The notes below the pieces were generated by a model, which saw nothing but the letters and a program-made list of their open reading frames with translations, made no database searches and was not told the origin of the DNA. A stretch of DNA of 64,000 nt from Candidatus Thorarchaeota archaeon (GTDB lineage: Archaea; Asgardarchaeota; Thorarchaeia; Thorarchaeales; Thorarchaeaceae), in assembly GCA_013388835.1 (NCBI GenBank), contig JACAEL010000038.1, forward strand, positions 171-64,170, written 5' to 3'. This document shows, in pieces, positions 20,178 to 30,833 of the stretch (position 1 is its first letter; each line of letters starts with the position of its first letter). The position numbers and the translations under genes are program-made.

Positions 20178-21578
20178 CTACTTCTCCTTGTCCTTGTCCT
20201 CTTCTTCACCCAGTCGCTTGGGCTTTCCAAGCCTGCGACTCTCGTCCACCACGAGTCTCCGAGAGTCTGGTGTTGAGAGGTCGTGTCCCTGCTTCCCCTT
20301 CTTGACTCCCTCGGTCGTCTCTGTCGGCCATGCTTCACCCGGCTTGGGCGCCTTGGCCGCTACATCGCTGTCGACCTCCCCGGGTTCGAATGTCCTGCCT
20401 TCTTGCCGGGCCCGGTCAAGGACTCGTTCAGTCCGCTGCACTGTCACGTAATAGAGCATGGTAATGATCGCAGCGATTGGGAAAGCTATCAGCTTGGCAA
20501 TGTCTCGAAAGAGGAAGGTGGCAAATGAGGTAGATGCACCCCAGTCGAACTGTGACCATGTTGACAGGACGGTCCCCGAGGTGGCACTCACTGCGATGAT
20601 GCTGTCAACGTAGAAGAAGCCGCTGGCAAGGAAGAAGGTGATCAGTGGACCGAGGTCTCTGAGGCGCGAACGAGACTCTTCCACGGCCTCCGTCACTGTG
20701 CGACCGATGCCACTCATGGCATACAACAGGAAGAACAGGGACATTGCCACGTCCGCCGCTTCTATCTGAGGCGCACCCGTCCTCCGCATCACATTCACAA
20801 GGAAGTAACCGGAATAGACTGCGATGAAGACCGTGAGCAGCGCCACGTTCAATGCGGCACCTCTCCTTGCATACCTGAAGAAGGTCAGAAGTGCAATGAG
20901 ACCGAACAGACCGAGCAGACCGAATGCCACCAACAAGAAGGGTGCGTGAGTTGCCAGATTTGATGCATATCCCGGAAAGATGCCCTGCAGTGTATCTGCA
21001 ATTCCAAACGCATTTACGGGTATTAGCACATATACGGCCAATGCTTCACCCGCCATGATTGCCAGGCCAATGATGAGGATGATGAAGCTTCCAATGCCAA
21101 TCACAACGCCACCCTTCTTTGGCTCAGCCACTGTGGCGATTCTCAGACTCGTTCTTGAAGAGAGATAGGCCTGAAAAGCAATCCACCCGATCCAGCCAGA
21201 CATCGCAAAGAACAGAATGGCTTGCTGGTTGAGCAGTATGGACATGAACACCGCTATGGCGAATGACACTGCCAGCCACGCCACACCTTTCAGTTCAGTG
21301 ACACGACCTCGACCCCGTCTTGTGATCCAGAGGTTGTCGAGCTTCAATGCGGTCAGGAGCACACCGATACCGAAGTAGATGGAACCGGTCGCGCCCACAT
21401 AGACAAAGAAGTTCACCAAGATGGGCTCTAGCCCGCCCACGTTGTACGTCATCAAGTATGACACAAAGAGAGCGAGAAATGTCGTTGTCACGAAGATTAT
21501 CAGATAGGCCAAGTACCGGCGGGTCTTGAAGAACACGCCTAGGCCACCAAACATATTGGACAGAAAGGGAATTCCCAT
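20178..21578 (-). CDS. Polytopic integral membrane protein (more than 10 TM) with charged C-terminal tail
   Basis: 466 aa, alternating long hydrophobic helices; C-terminal KPKRLGEEEDKDKEK. Confidence 0.55.
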   Translation of the reverse strand: MGIPFLSNMFGGLGVFFKTRRYLAYLIIFVTTTFLALFVSYLMTYNVGGLEPILVNFFVYVGATGSIYFGIGVLLTALKLDNLWITRRGRGRVTELKGVAWLAVSFAIAVFMSILLNQQAILFFAMSGWIGWIAFQAYLSSRTSLRIATVAEPKKGGVVIGIGSFIILIIGLAIMAGEALAVYVLIPVNAFGIADTLQGIFPGYASNLATHAPFLLVAFGLLGLFGLIALLTFFRYARRGAALNVALLTVFIAVYSGYFLVNVMRRTGAPQIEAADVAMSLFFLLYAMSGIGRTVTEAVEESRSRLRDLGPLITFFLASGFFYVDSIIAVSATSGTVLSTWSQFDWGASTSFATFLFRDIAKLIAFPIAAIITMLYYVTVQRTERVLDRARQEGRTFEPGEVDSDVAAKAPKPGEAWPTETTEGVKKGKQGHDLSTPDSRRLVVDESRRLGKPKRLGEEEDKDKEK

Positions 21579-22003
21579 ATCAGTAGTCCTCCCTGATGCG
21601 GACGAACGAGGGCTTGGATGGATTTAAGGTTTGCATGAGTTGGGTGAAAGGCTCAGCTGCAGTAGTCTCACCGCGAGGAGTGACCGATACGAGGGATTCG
21701 ACCCTGAGGAAGCCATCGCAATACCAGTGGTTGAGAGAAAAGAGGCGCCTGCATCAGACATCATCCAAGAACAAGTAGCGGCTCGCACTCCAAGCCCCTG
21801 AGCACATGACTACACTCCTCAACAGAGGAGTCGCTACGGGTATGATGTTCTTTGTCTATCGTTGGTCGGGGTTCCAGTCGCAGAGCGACACTGGTCCTAG
21901 GACACCGGAGCCGTCTGCTCGTAATGCGTTGAGAGAGTGTGTGTCATACACGGTTCAAGATTAGTAGCTGTCACCGACGAGTGAAAATCGAATGAGGATA
22001 GCT

Positions 22004-22786
22004 CTAGGTGGACTCGGCAACATCCTGTAAAGAGGCACCTTTCGTCGCCACGAAGCAGCCCATGTCGCCAAGTCGGTTGAACACGATGTGACTGAAGCCC
22101 GCCCTCGTTATCAGTTCCTCCCACTGGCTCCGCGTCTTGAGCATCCAGTAGTAGAGAGGGGTGGCATAAAGGAGGCCGGTGGGTTCTCTGAGGACTTCGA
22201 TGAGCATCAGATGACCCCCGGCTCGCAACACACGTATTGCCTCTCTCAGGGCCTTGAGCTTCATCTCGTCACCTCGGAGGTTGTTGAAGACATTCGCCCC
22301 AGCGAATATGTCGAAGCTCTCATCATCATACTGAAGGGATGTGATATCCCCACTCTCAAAGCGCACACGGTCTCCGACCCCCTCCGCAACCGCATTTCGC
22401 ATCGCTCTCTCAGGGGAGTTGCCGGGGAGCTCGGCGGTCTCCCAGATGTCTATACCTGTCACAAGACCGTGTGGCAAGACTCGCGCCAGACCCACTGTGA
22501 GCTTTCCCAGTCCGCAGCCAAGGTCCAGCGCAGACTCCGTGCCGCGGAAGGGTAGCAGCTTTGAAACATCGAATGCTCGCCTCTGGTCAAGCCGACTCAA
22601 TGAGACAAGGTAGGTGAGCAACAGACAGACTCCCGAAACGGTCAAAAAGACCCCAAGGAGTGCGAACCCGATCCATGTGCCTAGGAGTAGTGTGACAACC
22701 GTTCCTGCCACTATCAAACACGCAACCGTGCCTATCATCCAGTTTTGCCCATAGTTGCCATAGTGGGGCGTCATGCGCTTGCTCAT
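22004..22786 (-). CDS. Class I SAM-dependent methyltransferase with N-terminal two-TM anchor
   Basis: Motif I ALDLGCGLGKLTVGLA after two N-terminal hydrophobic helices. Confidence 0.75.
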   Translation of the reverse strand: MSKRMTPHYGNYGQNWMIGTVACLIVAGTVVTLLLGTWIGFALLGVFLTVSGVCLLLTYLVSLSRLDQRRAFDVSKLLPFRGTESALDLGCGLGKLTVGLARVLPHGLVTGIDIWETAELPGNSPERAMRNAVAEGVGDRVRFESGDITSLQYDDESFDIFAGANVFNNLRGDEMKLKALREAIRVLRAGGHLMLIEVLREPTGLLYATPLYYWMLKTRSQWEELITRAGFSHIVFNRLGDMGCFVATKGASLQDVAEST

Positions 22787-23637
22787 GTCACAACAGACCT
22801 CTGTATTCAGTCTGGCATACCTCCGGTCTCATAAGCATTTGTGACAACCACCAGAGTGGACTCGCTCATGACATCGGGATAGTGTCGAGTATGTTGTGCT
22901 CCATCCGAAAGTTGCAACACGTCCCCGAGTAACACCAAATGCCTGTATAACTAGCCTAGCTTTGGATAGGCTTATATCGGAGCGTGCAACTACCACACTC
23001 GTGGTCAGGTACCGAGCAGGGCCTAGTTTTCGTAACATGCCCTCATTACACAACTCCCCCCCTCCTACCACGATTAGCCCTCTTGGTACCGGCCACACCT
23101 CATTCTGACTGCACGGATGACTGGGCAGAAGGGGCCATGCGCAGGAATCTGGGCGGGTTTTGTTACAGTAAGCTGACCAATCGAACCATATCCCTGAGAC
23201 AGTGTCACCCAATACACTCCAATGGTAGTCACCAAGTGTTGCAGATCTGCAGTGTCAGATACCCGTCTGAAAAACCCAAATCAACCATCGAAGTCCGTGT
23301 GCGCCAGACACAAGATGGGACACCAACAACACTCCAGAAGATGATAGTATCCCATCAGTAAATGTGATAGCAGCTGTGCCGCATCGACTGTGACTTCAGT
23401 GGTGATTCGCATGCTTCTCCTTGTGCAGTGTGCAGCAGATGCATCTCAACTGGGCGGGACTAACAAGACAATGGTACCTACTGGCATGGTTGCCATGTCC
23501 GCCCCATTGACCTGTCATGAGGGCCCCACACTGTGCACAGACGGCCCAATTCCACCTGAGTCAGAAGTGACCATGGCTGCATCCACAATAAGAAGACACA
23601 TATCCACTCAGGTGATACTCGACGGAGAGATGATACA

Positions 23638-25254
23638 GTGAATGTGATAGTGAACGGCACACGACTTACCGTTTTCGGAGTAGTCCTGCTGTTCCGCGCC
23701 ACCATGCTCACGTCAACCGTCACTCCCGTGCCGGTCCGCGCCGCAGAGGCGTGGACAGTTGCACTGGACGAAGCCTATGCACCTCACGAGTACTGGGAGA
23801 ATGAGTCTGCAAAGGGCTTCAACACTGACGTCATACGCTACGTCGCGGAGTCCATGAGCAGAGATGTCGTGTGGGTTCCCCTCCCTTGGGCTAAGGCATA
23901 CCAGGCACTGCAGAATGGCACGGTGGAGAGTCTCTGCATGGCTCGAACACCACAGCGTGAACTCATCTTTGACTTCAGCCAGCCAATCATGAACCTGACG
24001 CTCAGGGTGTTTGTGCGGGGAGACGTCAGCGGCATCATTGACATCAGCGAACTGGCCAATCGTACTGTGGCCGTCGAAGCGGACGACATCTGTGAATCAA
24101 AGCTCAACGAGCTGTGCCCCGATGCCGTAGTAGTGCGGGTGGATTCCCAGGCGGAGGCTATCAGGCTCGTTGCAGAGGGAGAGGTCACTGCTGCCTTCTG
24201 CAACAGGTATGCTGGAGCCTATGCGATAATCGAACACTCGTATTCGGACATCAAGATGGTCGCGCAACCCATCGACGGGGGGATCAGATGCATTGCAGTG
24301 GCCAAGGGCAACCTAGTCCTGCTTGGCAGCATCAATGCGGGCCTGAATGAGATGGTGGCGACAGGCGAGTACGACAGAGTCTTGGAGAAGTGGTTCGGTG
24401 CATACCCATTCGCCGAAGAGAATCAATTGATGCTCAGGGCAGCCATGGTGACGAGCTTTGTCGCGTTGCTTGCGGTGTTTGGAATCGCGACTATGGCAAC
24501 ATGGAACAGGTCACTTAGCCGCAGAGTGAACCATGCCACATCCAAGCTCGCACTCTTGGGCGACCTGTTCAGACATGACCTCAGAAACATCGGGCAGTGC
24601 ATGTACACCAGCCTGGAACTCGTAGCAGATGAAACAACTGACGAGTCGACGAAGGAGAGCGCAATACAGACTGCCTTGTCTGCTGTTCAAAGAGCAGAGC
24701 GGCTCACGTCGGACTTTTCGATGGTAGAGTCGATGACCGCCGGAAAGCATCCGCTTGTTGAGACTCCCTTGAAGACCATTCTAGTCTCAGCGCTAGCTGA
24801 AGTCGCGTTAGAGGGCGGTGCCACGTTTGAGTTCGAGTCACAGGACATATCCGACACGAACGTCATCGCAGTCAGTGCACTCAAGGAAGCCATTACGCGA
24901 GTGATGAGATTCATGGTCAACCTCGCGAATAGCAGCATTGCGAAGGTGCCTATCAGCGTTGCAGTCTCATTGGACCGTGACTGGGCGACTCTTGTCATCA
25001 GTTCCAAGGTCGTATGCATACCAGATGACGTCAAGGAGGGGCTCCTGAGAAGGTATCTTGGCGTCAGGACTCCAGTTGTGGGACTCGATCTCTCAATTGT
25101 CCATGCGATTGTGACTGCCAGCAGGGGACTTGTGACAATCGAGAACATAGTCCCCGGTGACTGGAGAAAGGGTGTCGCTGTAAAGATGCTTCTGAGAATC
25201 CCGCACAAGAGGATCCGGATGCCTGGTTTCCGCATGGGATCTAGAGCGGACTGA
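23638..25254 (+). CDS. Sensor histidine kinase with periplasmic SBP_bac_3 (amino-acid-binding) ectodomain
   Basis: Signal/TM, then a periplasmic-binding-protein type 3-like region, a second TM (AAMVTSFVALLAVFGIATMA), an H-box-like LFRHDLRN and a C-terminal HATPase G-box region (GLDLSIVHAIV). Confidence 0.7.
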   Translation: MNVIVNGTRLTVFGVVLLFRATMLTSTVTPVPVRAAEAWTVALDEAYAPHEYWENESAKGFNTDVIRYVAESMSRDVVWVPLPWAKAYQALQNGTVESLCMARTPQRELIFDFSQPIMNLTLRVFVRGDVSGIIDISELANRTVAVEADDICESKLNELCPDAVVVRVDSQAEAIRLVAEGEVTAAFCNRYAGAYAIIEHSYSDIKMVAQPIDGGIRCIAVAKGNLVLLGSINAGLNEMVATGEYDRVLEKWFGAYPFAEENQLMLRAAMVTSFVALLAVFGIATMATWNRSLSRRVNHATSKLALLGDLFRHDLRNIGQCMYTSLELVADETTDESTKESAIQTALSAVQRAERLTSDFSMVESMTAGKHPLVETPLKTILVSALAEVALEGGATFEFESQDISDTNVIAVSALKEAITRVMRFMVNLANSSIAKVPISVAVSLDRDWATLVISSKVVCIPDDVKEGLLRRYLGVRTPVVGLDLSIVHAIVTASRGLVTIENIVPGDWRKGVAVKMLLRIPHKRIRMPGFRMGSRAD

Positions 25255-25273
25255 TGGGACTATCTGCATTGAA

Positions 25274-25681
25274 CTACTGTTCTGGTCGGCCCGTACGCAA
25301 CACAGGCTCTACTCGTTTCTCGTAGAAGTAGCCCACTGATGAGTAGACAGTATAGAGCCCCCTCCTCCTTCCTATGATGAGTCCTGCCCGTTCAAGTATT
25401 GACAAGTGATGCGACATCGTGCTCTTTGACTTCTTCACTATGTGTGCCAGGACCGTCAGACAGTACTCGCCCTTGCCCAAGATGTGATACAGCTTGTATC
25501 TCAGTTCATGGCCTAATGCGGCATGATACAATATCTCTCGCTGGGCATTCTTGTCCTTGTCGAGATCTGACAGCAGCCGCCTATGGTCTGAAACAAAAGC
25601 CTCGAAGTCTGTGTCTATGCCCATTGCGTCCAGACACGCCTGAAGTCTATGCACTTCATCAACACCTTGCCTGTAACACAC
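25274..25681 (-). CDS. ArsR/SmtB-family transcriptional regulator
   Basis: HTH LRYKLYHILGKGEYCLTVLAHIVKKSKSTMSHHLSILERAGLI; true start may be the internal Met at about 25621. Confidence 0.7.
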   Translation of the reverse strand: MCYRQGVDEVHRLQACLDAMGIDTDFEAFVSDHRRLLSDLDKDKNAQREILYHAALGHELRYKLYHILGKGEYCLTVLAHIVKKSKSTMSHHLSILERAGLIIGRRRGLYTVYSSVGYFYEKRVEPVLRTGRPEQ

Positions 25682-25786
25682 ACCATAAAATCGGTATTAT
25701 TGCTATCGTTGTCGTTCAGTGGAACCTCGTTCAGTATCGCAATAGTTAAATGTGTTCGAAAATGGTCAAACTGGTCGTGACCCATT

Positions 25787-26404
25787 ATGACAACTAGGTT
25801 CGTACCTCCAGACTGGGCGTTCGAGTTCCATGGACATCTCTGTCCGTTCCTGCCTATTGGTTATCGAATGGGCAGACTCGCAATGGAATACCTCAAGTTA
25901 GACCGAGAGAAGGATCACGGGTTCTTTGTATTCCCGGAGACTGGTGAGGGCCATCCTCAGACCTGCATGGTCGATGGAATACAGGCTGCTACCGGAGCCA
26001 CCTACGGAAAGGTGCTCATGGAGAAAACGTTCTATGGCAAACTGGCAGCCACCTTCTTCCACCCAAAGAACGGGGCCGTTCGCCTATCCCTGACGCCTGA
26101 CTTCATCGATGCGATGAGCAAGTTCGAGTTCTTTGCCTATCGCAAGAAGGGAGTGGAGCCATCCGAGATTCCACATGAAGTGACTGAAGAGGTAACAAAG
26201 TGGACCTATGAGCAGCCTGACAAGTTCATGTTCAAGGTTGAATTCAAGCCCGACTTCAAGTTCACTCCACCGAAAGGGTCGTTCAACAAGAGCAAGTGCA
26301 GCATCTGCGGTGAGTACGTGTTCGAGAGATACCTCCGCATGAAGGACGGCGCACCGGTCTGCATCCCGTGCTCGGGATACGCCAGAGCCAAGCCGGAGTC
26401 CTAG
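25787..26404 (+). CDS. FwdE/FmdE-family protein with C-terminal zinc ribbon
   Basis: FHGHLCPFLPIGYRMG N-terminal motif and C-terminal CSICGEY...CIPC. Confidence 0.7.
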   Translation: MTTRFVPPDWAFEFHGHLCPFLPIGYRMGRLAMEYLKLDREKDHGFFVFPETGEGHPQTCMVDGIQAATGATYGKVLMEKTFYGKLAATFFHPKNGAVRLSLTPDFIDAMSKFEFFAYRKKGVEPSEIPHEVTEEVTKWTYEQPDKFMFKVEFKPDFKFTPPKGSFNKSKCSICGEYVFERYLRMKDGAPVCIPCSGYARAKPES

Positions 26405-26430
26405 AGACCACGAGTCTGGAGGGGTATCCT

Positions 26431-27195
26431 GTGGATGTTGTATTGCTATACGCGGTGATCTTCGCCTTCGTCATAGCCTTTGTGTTTTCGATGTTCGGCC
26501 AAGGGGGTGGATCTGTATACTCTCCGCTCCTCATTCTCCTAGGATACGCCGTACTGGTGTCCACTTCCACCTCACTATTCCTGAACCTGATAACGTCTCT
26601 GTCTGCAGGCTACATATTCTACCGCAACAAGCTGATTGACATCAAGGCGTCGTTACTGTTCGTGCCGGGAATCGGCTTTGGAGCATTCGTCGGAGGAGCT
26701 CTTTCTGCATTCGTTGAGGGGGTCTACGTCATGTGGCTGTTTGTCGTCTTCCTCGGTGTGATAGGCGCCAGAATGATCTATACCTACTGGGAGAGGGGGA
26801 CGACGGAGGGCGCCTATCCCGAGGTCCTGCCAACCAAGATGAAGGTCCTAGTCATCCTGTTCAGTTTCGCTGTTGGGTTCATATCAGGCCTCTTGGGAGT
26901 GGGTGGTGGCGTGTTCATAGTCCCATTCATGGTCTACGTGTGCAAGTATCCAACAAAGTTCGCTGCTGGTTCCTCACACCTCATCATATCGTTCTCCGCT
27001 TTCTTTGGCATCGTTGGTCATGCGGCATTTCACAGCCTAGACCTCCTGTTGATTGCTGCGACTGGGATGGCTGTGTTGGTTGGAGGCAATCTTGGTGCCA
27101 GAGCGAGCATGAAGATGAAGGTGCAGGGAATCAAGGCTGGACTTGGGCTCATCATGTGGATACTTGCCGTGATGCTACTTGTTCAAATAATCTGA
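26431..27195 (+). CDS. TauE/SafE (DUF81) family sulfite/anion exporter
   Basis: Two repeated 4-TM halves with GQGGGS…PLL and GVGGGVFIVPFMVY motifs. ORF open from 26368; GTG at 26431 avoids overlap with the preceding gene. Confidence 0.75.
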   Translation: MDVVLLYAVIFAFVIAFVFSMFGQGGGSVYSPLLILLGYAVLVSTSTSLFLNLITSLSAGYIFYRNKLIDIKASLLFVPGIGFGAFVGGALSAFVEGVYVMWLFVVFLGVIGARMIYTYWERGTTEGAYPEVLPTKMKVLVILFSFAVGFISGLLGVGGGVFIVPFMVYVCKYPTKFAAGSSHLIISFSAFFGIVGHAAFHSLDLLLIAATGMAVLVGGNLGARASMKMKVQGIKAGLGLIMWILAVMLLVQII

Positions 27196-27716
27196 AGCAC
27201 ATCAACAACTGCCAATCCGACAAGAAATGAATAGTCCTAGACAAAGCAAGTCGCTTGAGAAGAAAACTACCGGCATGACTGATTCTGTGCACACCGATTG
27301 TGATGGGAGTATGGTCCCACTTTTTGGGCTTCCCAGTCACCGATGGTACAACGTTCATCTCTAGTTGGACGAAGTGGACATTGGTATGCCAACAGGATCC
27401 GTCCCGGAGCGGCTCTCGGAAGGCGCACACCTCGAGGACTCGTCAGCTGTCGGGCAGACCTCGGGAGTCGTGTGACCGCACAATGACACATATGCATCGA
27501 ACTGCGCATGTCCAAGACTGCCCGACCGCGCGGCAGCAGCTACCTACCCCCTGAGTGACGGCCCGCCCCCTCTATGTGGGACCGATGTGTTCCTTCGACT
27601 GGGACCACCCGGTACGGCACGCACTCTGACGATGCAGCACGGCCAGTTGTCCAGTCCGTTCATTCACCAGCGCGTGGATTATATACTGTCTGTTGTCAAT
27701 AGGTGTGAGGATTCGT

Positions 27717-28625
27717 ATGAGTACTGACGCCGACCAGATCTACCAGATGCTGTTCGAGAGAGAGGTTGTCAGTTCCGACGAGATCGTAGCGGTTGTCCGG
27801 TCAGTGCTGGGGCGTGATGTCTCCCGCGACTACGCCTTCCGCAGGTACGCCACCCCGCTCATCCGGAGCGGAAAGCTGAGACGGATCCGGAGGGGACTGT
27901 ACTATGCGCCTGACAACAGACGTCCCTATGCGAACACGGACCTCGTAGCGTGCAGTCTTCGGAAGTCCGCCTTTCTCGGTTACCAGGACGCCGCCGAGTT
28001 GTGGGGCGCAGTCTACTTCATGACCACGTCCCGTGTCAAGGTCTGTGTGTCAAGAAAGGACCGCTTCAAACCGTTCATCTACGGACCGTACGAGTATATA
28101 CCGGTGATAGTGAGGGACTTCAGTTCCGTTGTGGCCTCCAAGAAGGGACGCGGACTGAAGAAAGAGGTGAGGTTGACGAACAGACTGCGCACCTTCATCG
28201 ACTGTGTCAAGCGGCCCGACCTGGTCGGCGGCTGGGGTGGCGTCTACAACACCCTCGGGAGGCTGAGAGGCGTAGACCTCGACCAGCTGAGAGAGGAGGT
28301 CATTCGCTCAGGGAACCAGATGCTGATTCGCAAAGTCGGTATGATTCTTGAGTTGGTTGGCAATGACTTTGCGCGCTTCGACGAGGCGAAGCTCAATGAG
28401 GTGCTCGATGACCTCGAGCGGCGCGTCACCAGCAGACCAATGCGACTCACCAACTGTGAATACGAGATCCGGTTCAACGAGCCCTGGCTGCGGGACCTCC
28501 GTTGGAACCTGTACCGTCCCCCAAGGTTCGAGGTGATCGTGAGGGGGCGCGTCGCCATGGACGACCCCATCATGGGACTGTGGGAGGATCGACTTCCGAA
28601 ATCCATGCGCCCCGGCTCAGCGTAG
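27717..28625 (+). CDS. AbiEi-like wHTH domain protein (type IV TA antitoxin-like N-terminus), solitary
   Basis: The N-terminus IYQMLFEREVVSSDEIVAVV…RSGKLRRIRRGLYYAPD resembles the AbiEi_4 wHTH signature. The TATA-like attatatac sits about 30 bp upstream of ATG 27717. No AbiEii-like nucleotidyltransferase follows. Confidence 0.4.
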   Translation: MSTDADQIYQMLFEREVVSSDEIVAVVRSVLGRDVSRDYAFRRYATPLIRSGKLRRIRRGLYYAPDNRRPYANTDLVACSLRKSAFLGYQDAAELWGAVYFMTTSRVKVCVSRKDRFKPFIYGPYEYIPVIVRDFSSVVASKKGRGLKKEVRLTNRLRTFIDCVKRPDLVGGWGGVYNTLGRLRGVDLDQLREEVIRSGNQMLIRKVGMILELVGNDFARFDEAKLNEVLDDLERRVTSRPMRLTNCEYEIRFNEPWLRDLRWNLYRPPRFEVIVRGRVAMDDPIMGLWEDRLPKSMRPGSA

Positions 28626-29002
28626 CGCATACCAACCATCGGGCCCGTCACCAACCACAGTCCGCCAGCCCGGTGCTTCGGCCCGGGCACATCATGGGCT
28701 TCCGAGTAGCTCTCGGTCGTTCTTGCATCGTCTTGCCTTGACGTAATCCGTTTGAATCCGGGGAAAACAGTCGATGACAGATGTGTGCCAGTAGGAGGAA
28801 ACACTGAGAATACCATCAGGGTCAAGTGCGCACACCATTCAAACCATCTCGGCATAGTATTCTACAGCGCGGATTGGAATGAACGGAGACCGGACAGTCG
28901 GGCGGCACACACGACTCTTGCATTACCCGACATGCCGACAGGTCAAGACGAACAGAACCGGGTTGTCAAGCGAAGGCCACTCGAAATGGTCGCTCGCTTG
29001 CG

Positions 29003-29278
29003 TCACTGCTCGTGTCGTCTTTTTTCGGCTCTCTGTTCCATGGCCCTGAAGTCCTTCACTAGCTCAGCGCTCACCGGGCCCAGGAAGTACCTGCCATCAG
29101 CGGTCTGGCTGACACCCGGCATTGCAAACAGGTTGAGCAAGGCCCACCGTAGCCTCTCGTCAGTGTCCAGTTCCGGCACCGGAATGGCGGTCTCCGGTGA
29201 GAATGCCTCTGCGTCCAAGAGTCGCATCAACACATCATATTGGTCCATCAGCTCATCACCCATTGGACTTCCGTACAA
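29003..29278 (-). CDS. Hypothetical small acidic protein (91 aa)
   Basis: Isolated ORF in a low-density region. Confidence 0.25.
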   Translation of the reverse strand: MYGSPMGDELMDQYDVLMRLLDAEAFSPETAIPVPELDTDERLRWALLNLFAMPGVSQTADGRYFLGPVSAELVKDFRAMEQRAEKRRHEQ

Positions 29279-30536
29279 GCATGTACGGTGTCAGTCCTCA
29301 TACGTGAATGTGCGACCGCCTTTATAATGCTAGCACGCGTGTCTGACCATAGGGCTGTCGCTGACCAAGACAGGTCTCATTCGGCTGGCATACGGACGGA
29401 CTTGTCCTCATGTCCTACTGGAGGACTGGGTCAAGTCAAGGATACCGAGTCCTGCGTCAGGCTGGTGCACGCTTGTGGACTACTCTGTGACACGCCAAGT
29501 GAGAGTGACGGTGGTCGGTGAGGTTGCAGCAGCTGTTCGAGAGATGCACACTTGGGACTTGTCCCATATCGTCTTTATATGGCCCGACGCAGAAACATGA
29601 AGCCGAGGTCATCCGACACTCTAGCGGACCTCAAGGAGTCAATGTGGTGCCGTCTCCTATGAGAAGGAAGACTCCTGTGTCCAACTCTGTCCAACCGATG
29701 ATGAACGGTATCTCCGTAGAAACAGAAACCCTTGGTACGCATGGGAAAGGAGATCACCGACACCATTGCTCTGTACCTACATGGGACGCAGGTCAGAGGA
29801 CTCAGGACGCTCTTTCAGATCCATTCTGAACCACTCCAGGGCAGTCACCAACAACGCATGCCTGATGCTGTATCCGAACGAGTCATTCAGGCAGGCGTTC
29901 ATGCAGGACCCATCGCTGGTCAAACAGGTCTGGGAGTGCTTATGAGGGATATCTCAGGATGCTCTGAGGAGCGAGGGGAGGGTCTATGGAGGTGTGCTGC
30001 ACAAGCTGGAACCAAAGGAACTGGCAGCGGCCCATGCAGAGGAAACTGCGAAACTACTGGGCGGACAGCAGTTGTTGACTCAGCCTCTATTTGGAGCGGC
30101 ATCGGGCCTGTACTGGAGCTGAGCGGCACTAATGTCACAGCGACAGGTACACAGCGCTCTTCGCACTCTCGCCTTCTGGATTCTCCTCTTTCTCCGCACC
30201 TCTCTGCCCTCTGTACAGCTCATTCCAAGTTGGACGGGTGCCTGGAGTGTTCTGCAGCTCGCGGTACACAGAAGCCTTGTCGCTGCCAAGAGATGAGGGG
30301 CGGGAGAGTCACTCCTCGAGGGTTCATGAAGTGTCTAGCCGACCTCAGATTCTGCATGGAGGCATACAAGCACGACGCAGTCAGCTTCTAGAGTGTACTG
30401 GTTCTCGGCAGCGGTTGCACGCCCATGCGTCCAACTCTGTGCGCCTCACGATGAGCAGTCCCATTGACTGAATACGCGGCTTATCACAGCCTACGTTCAA
30501 TTGTGTGTCTGTGAACAGATGCAGAAGCCGCAGCAA

Positions 30537-30833
30537 TCATTGCAATCCAAGCGCCCAGTACGGTAAGGTCGACTGAGAATCCTGAGCGCTCTGCTGCCGC
30601 GCTGATAGGAGCTCCTGCAGCATCCTCGCGGCAGTTTCGTACTTCTCAAGCGCCTCTGGATTCGCAGAACCATCCTTCCCGGCATAGTCGTGACAGATGA
30701 GATGAAGCATCTCGCTGTATTCCGATATGTTTCCGGGCAGTCCATGTATTGATGTGAGGGTCCTCCACGCCTCACGGTTGGTAAACAGGTGGATGACACA
30801 CACTGCAAGGTGTGTATCCCCGACTGACTGCAT
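30537..30833 (-). CDS. Hypothetical small helical protein (98 aa); overlaps 5' end of neighbouring ORF
   Basis: ORF only; no motif. Confidence 0.2.
   Translation of the reverse strand: MQSVGDTHLAVCVIHLFTNREAWRTLTSIHGLPGNISEYSEMLHLICHDYAGKDGSANPEALEKYETAARMLQELLSARQQSAQDSQSTLPYWALGLQ

Noticed and set aside
21660-21760. tRNA-like T-arm reverse complement (gggattcgaccc) suggesting a minus-strand tRNA
   Set aside because: The sequence does not fit T54-Psi55-C56 loop positions. No acceptor/D-arm pairing or CCA-compatible end could be built by hand. Left for tRNAscan to decide.
29732-30391. 219-aa plus-strand ORF in the low-density region
   Set aside because: Gly/Ser/Arg/Cys-rich composition, no start context, overlapped by ORFs in other frames. 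It looks like non-coding sequence.
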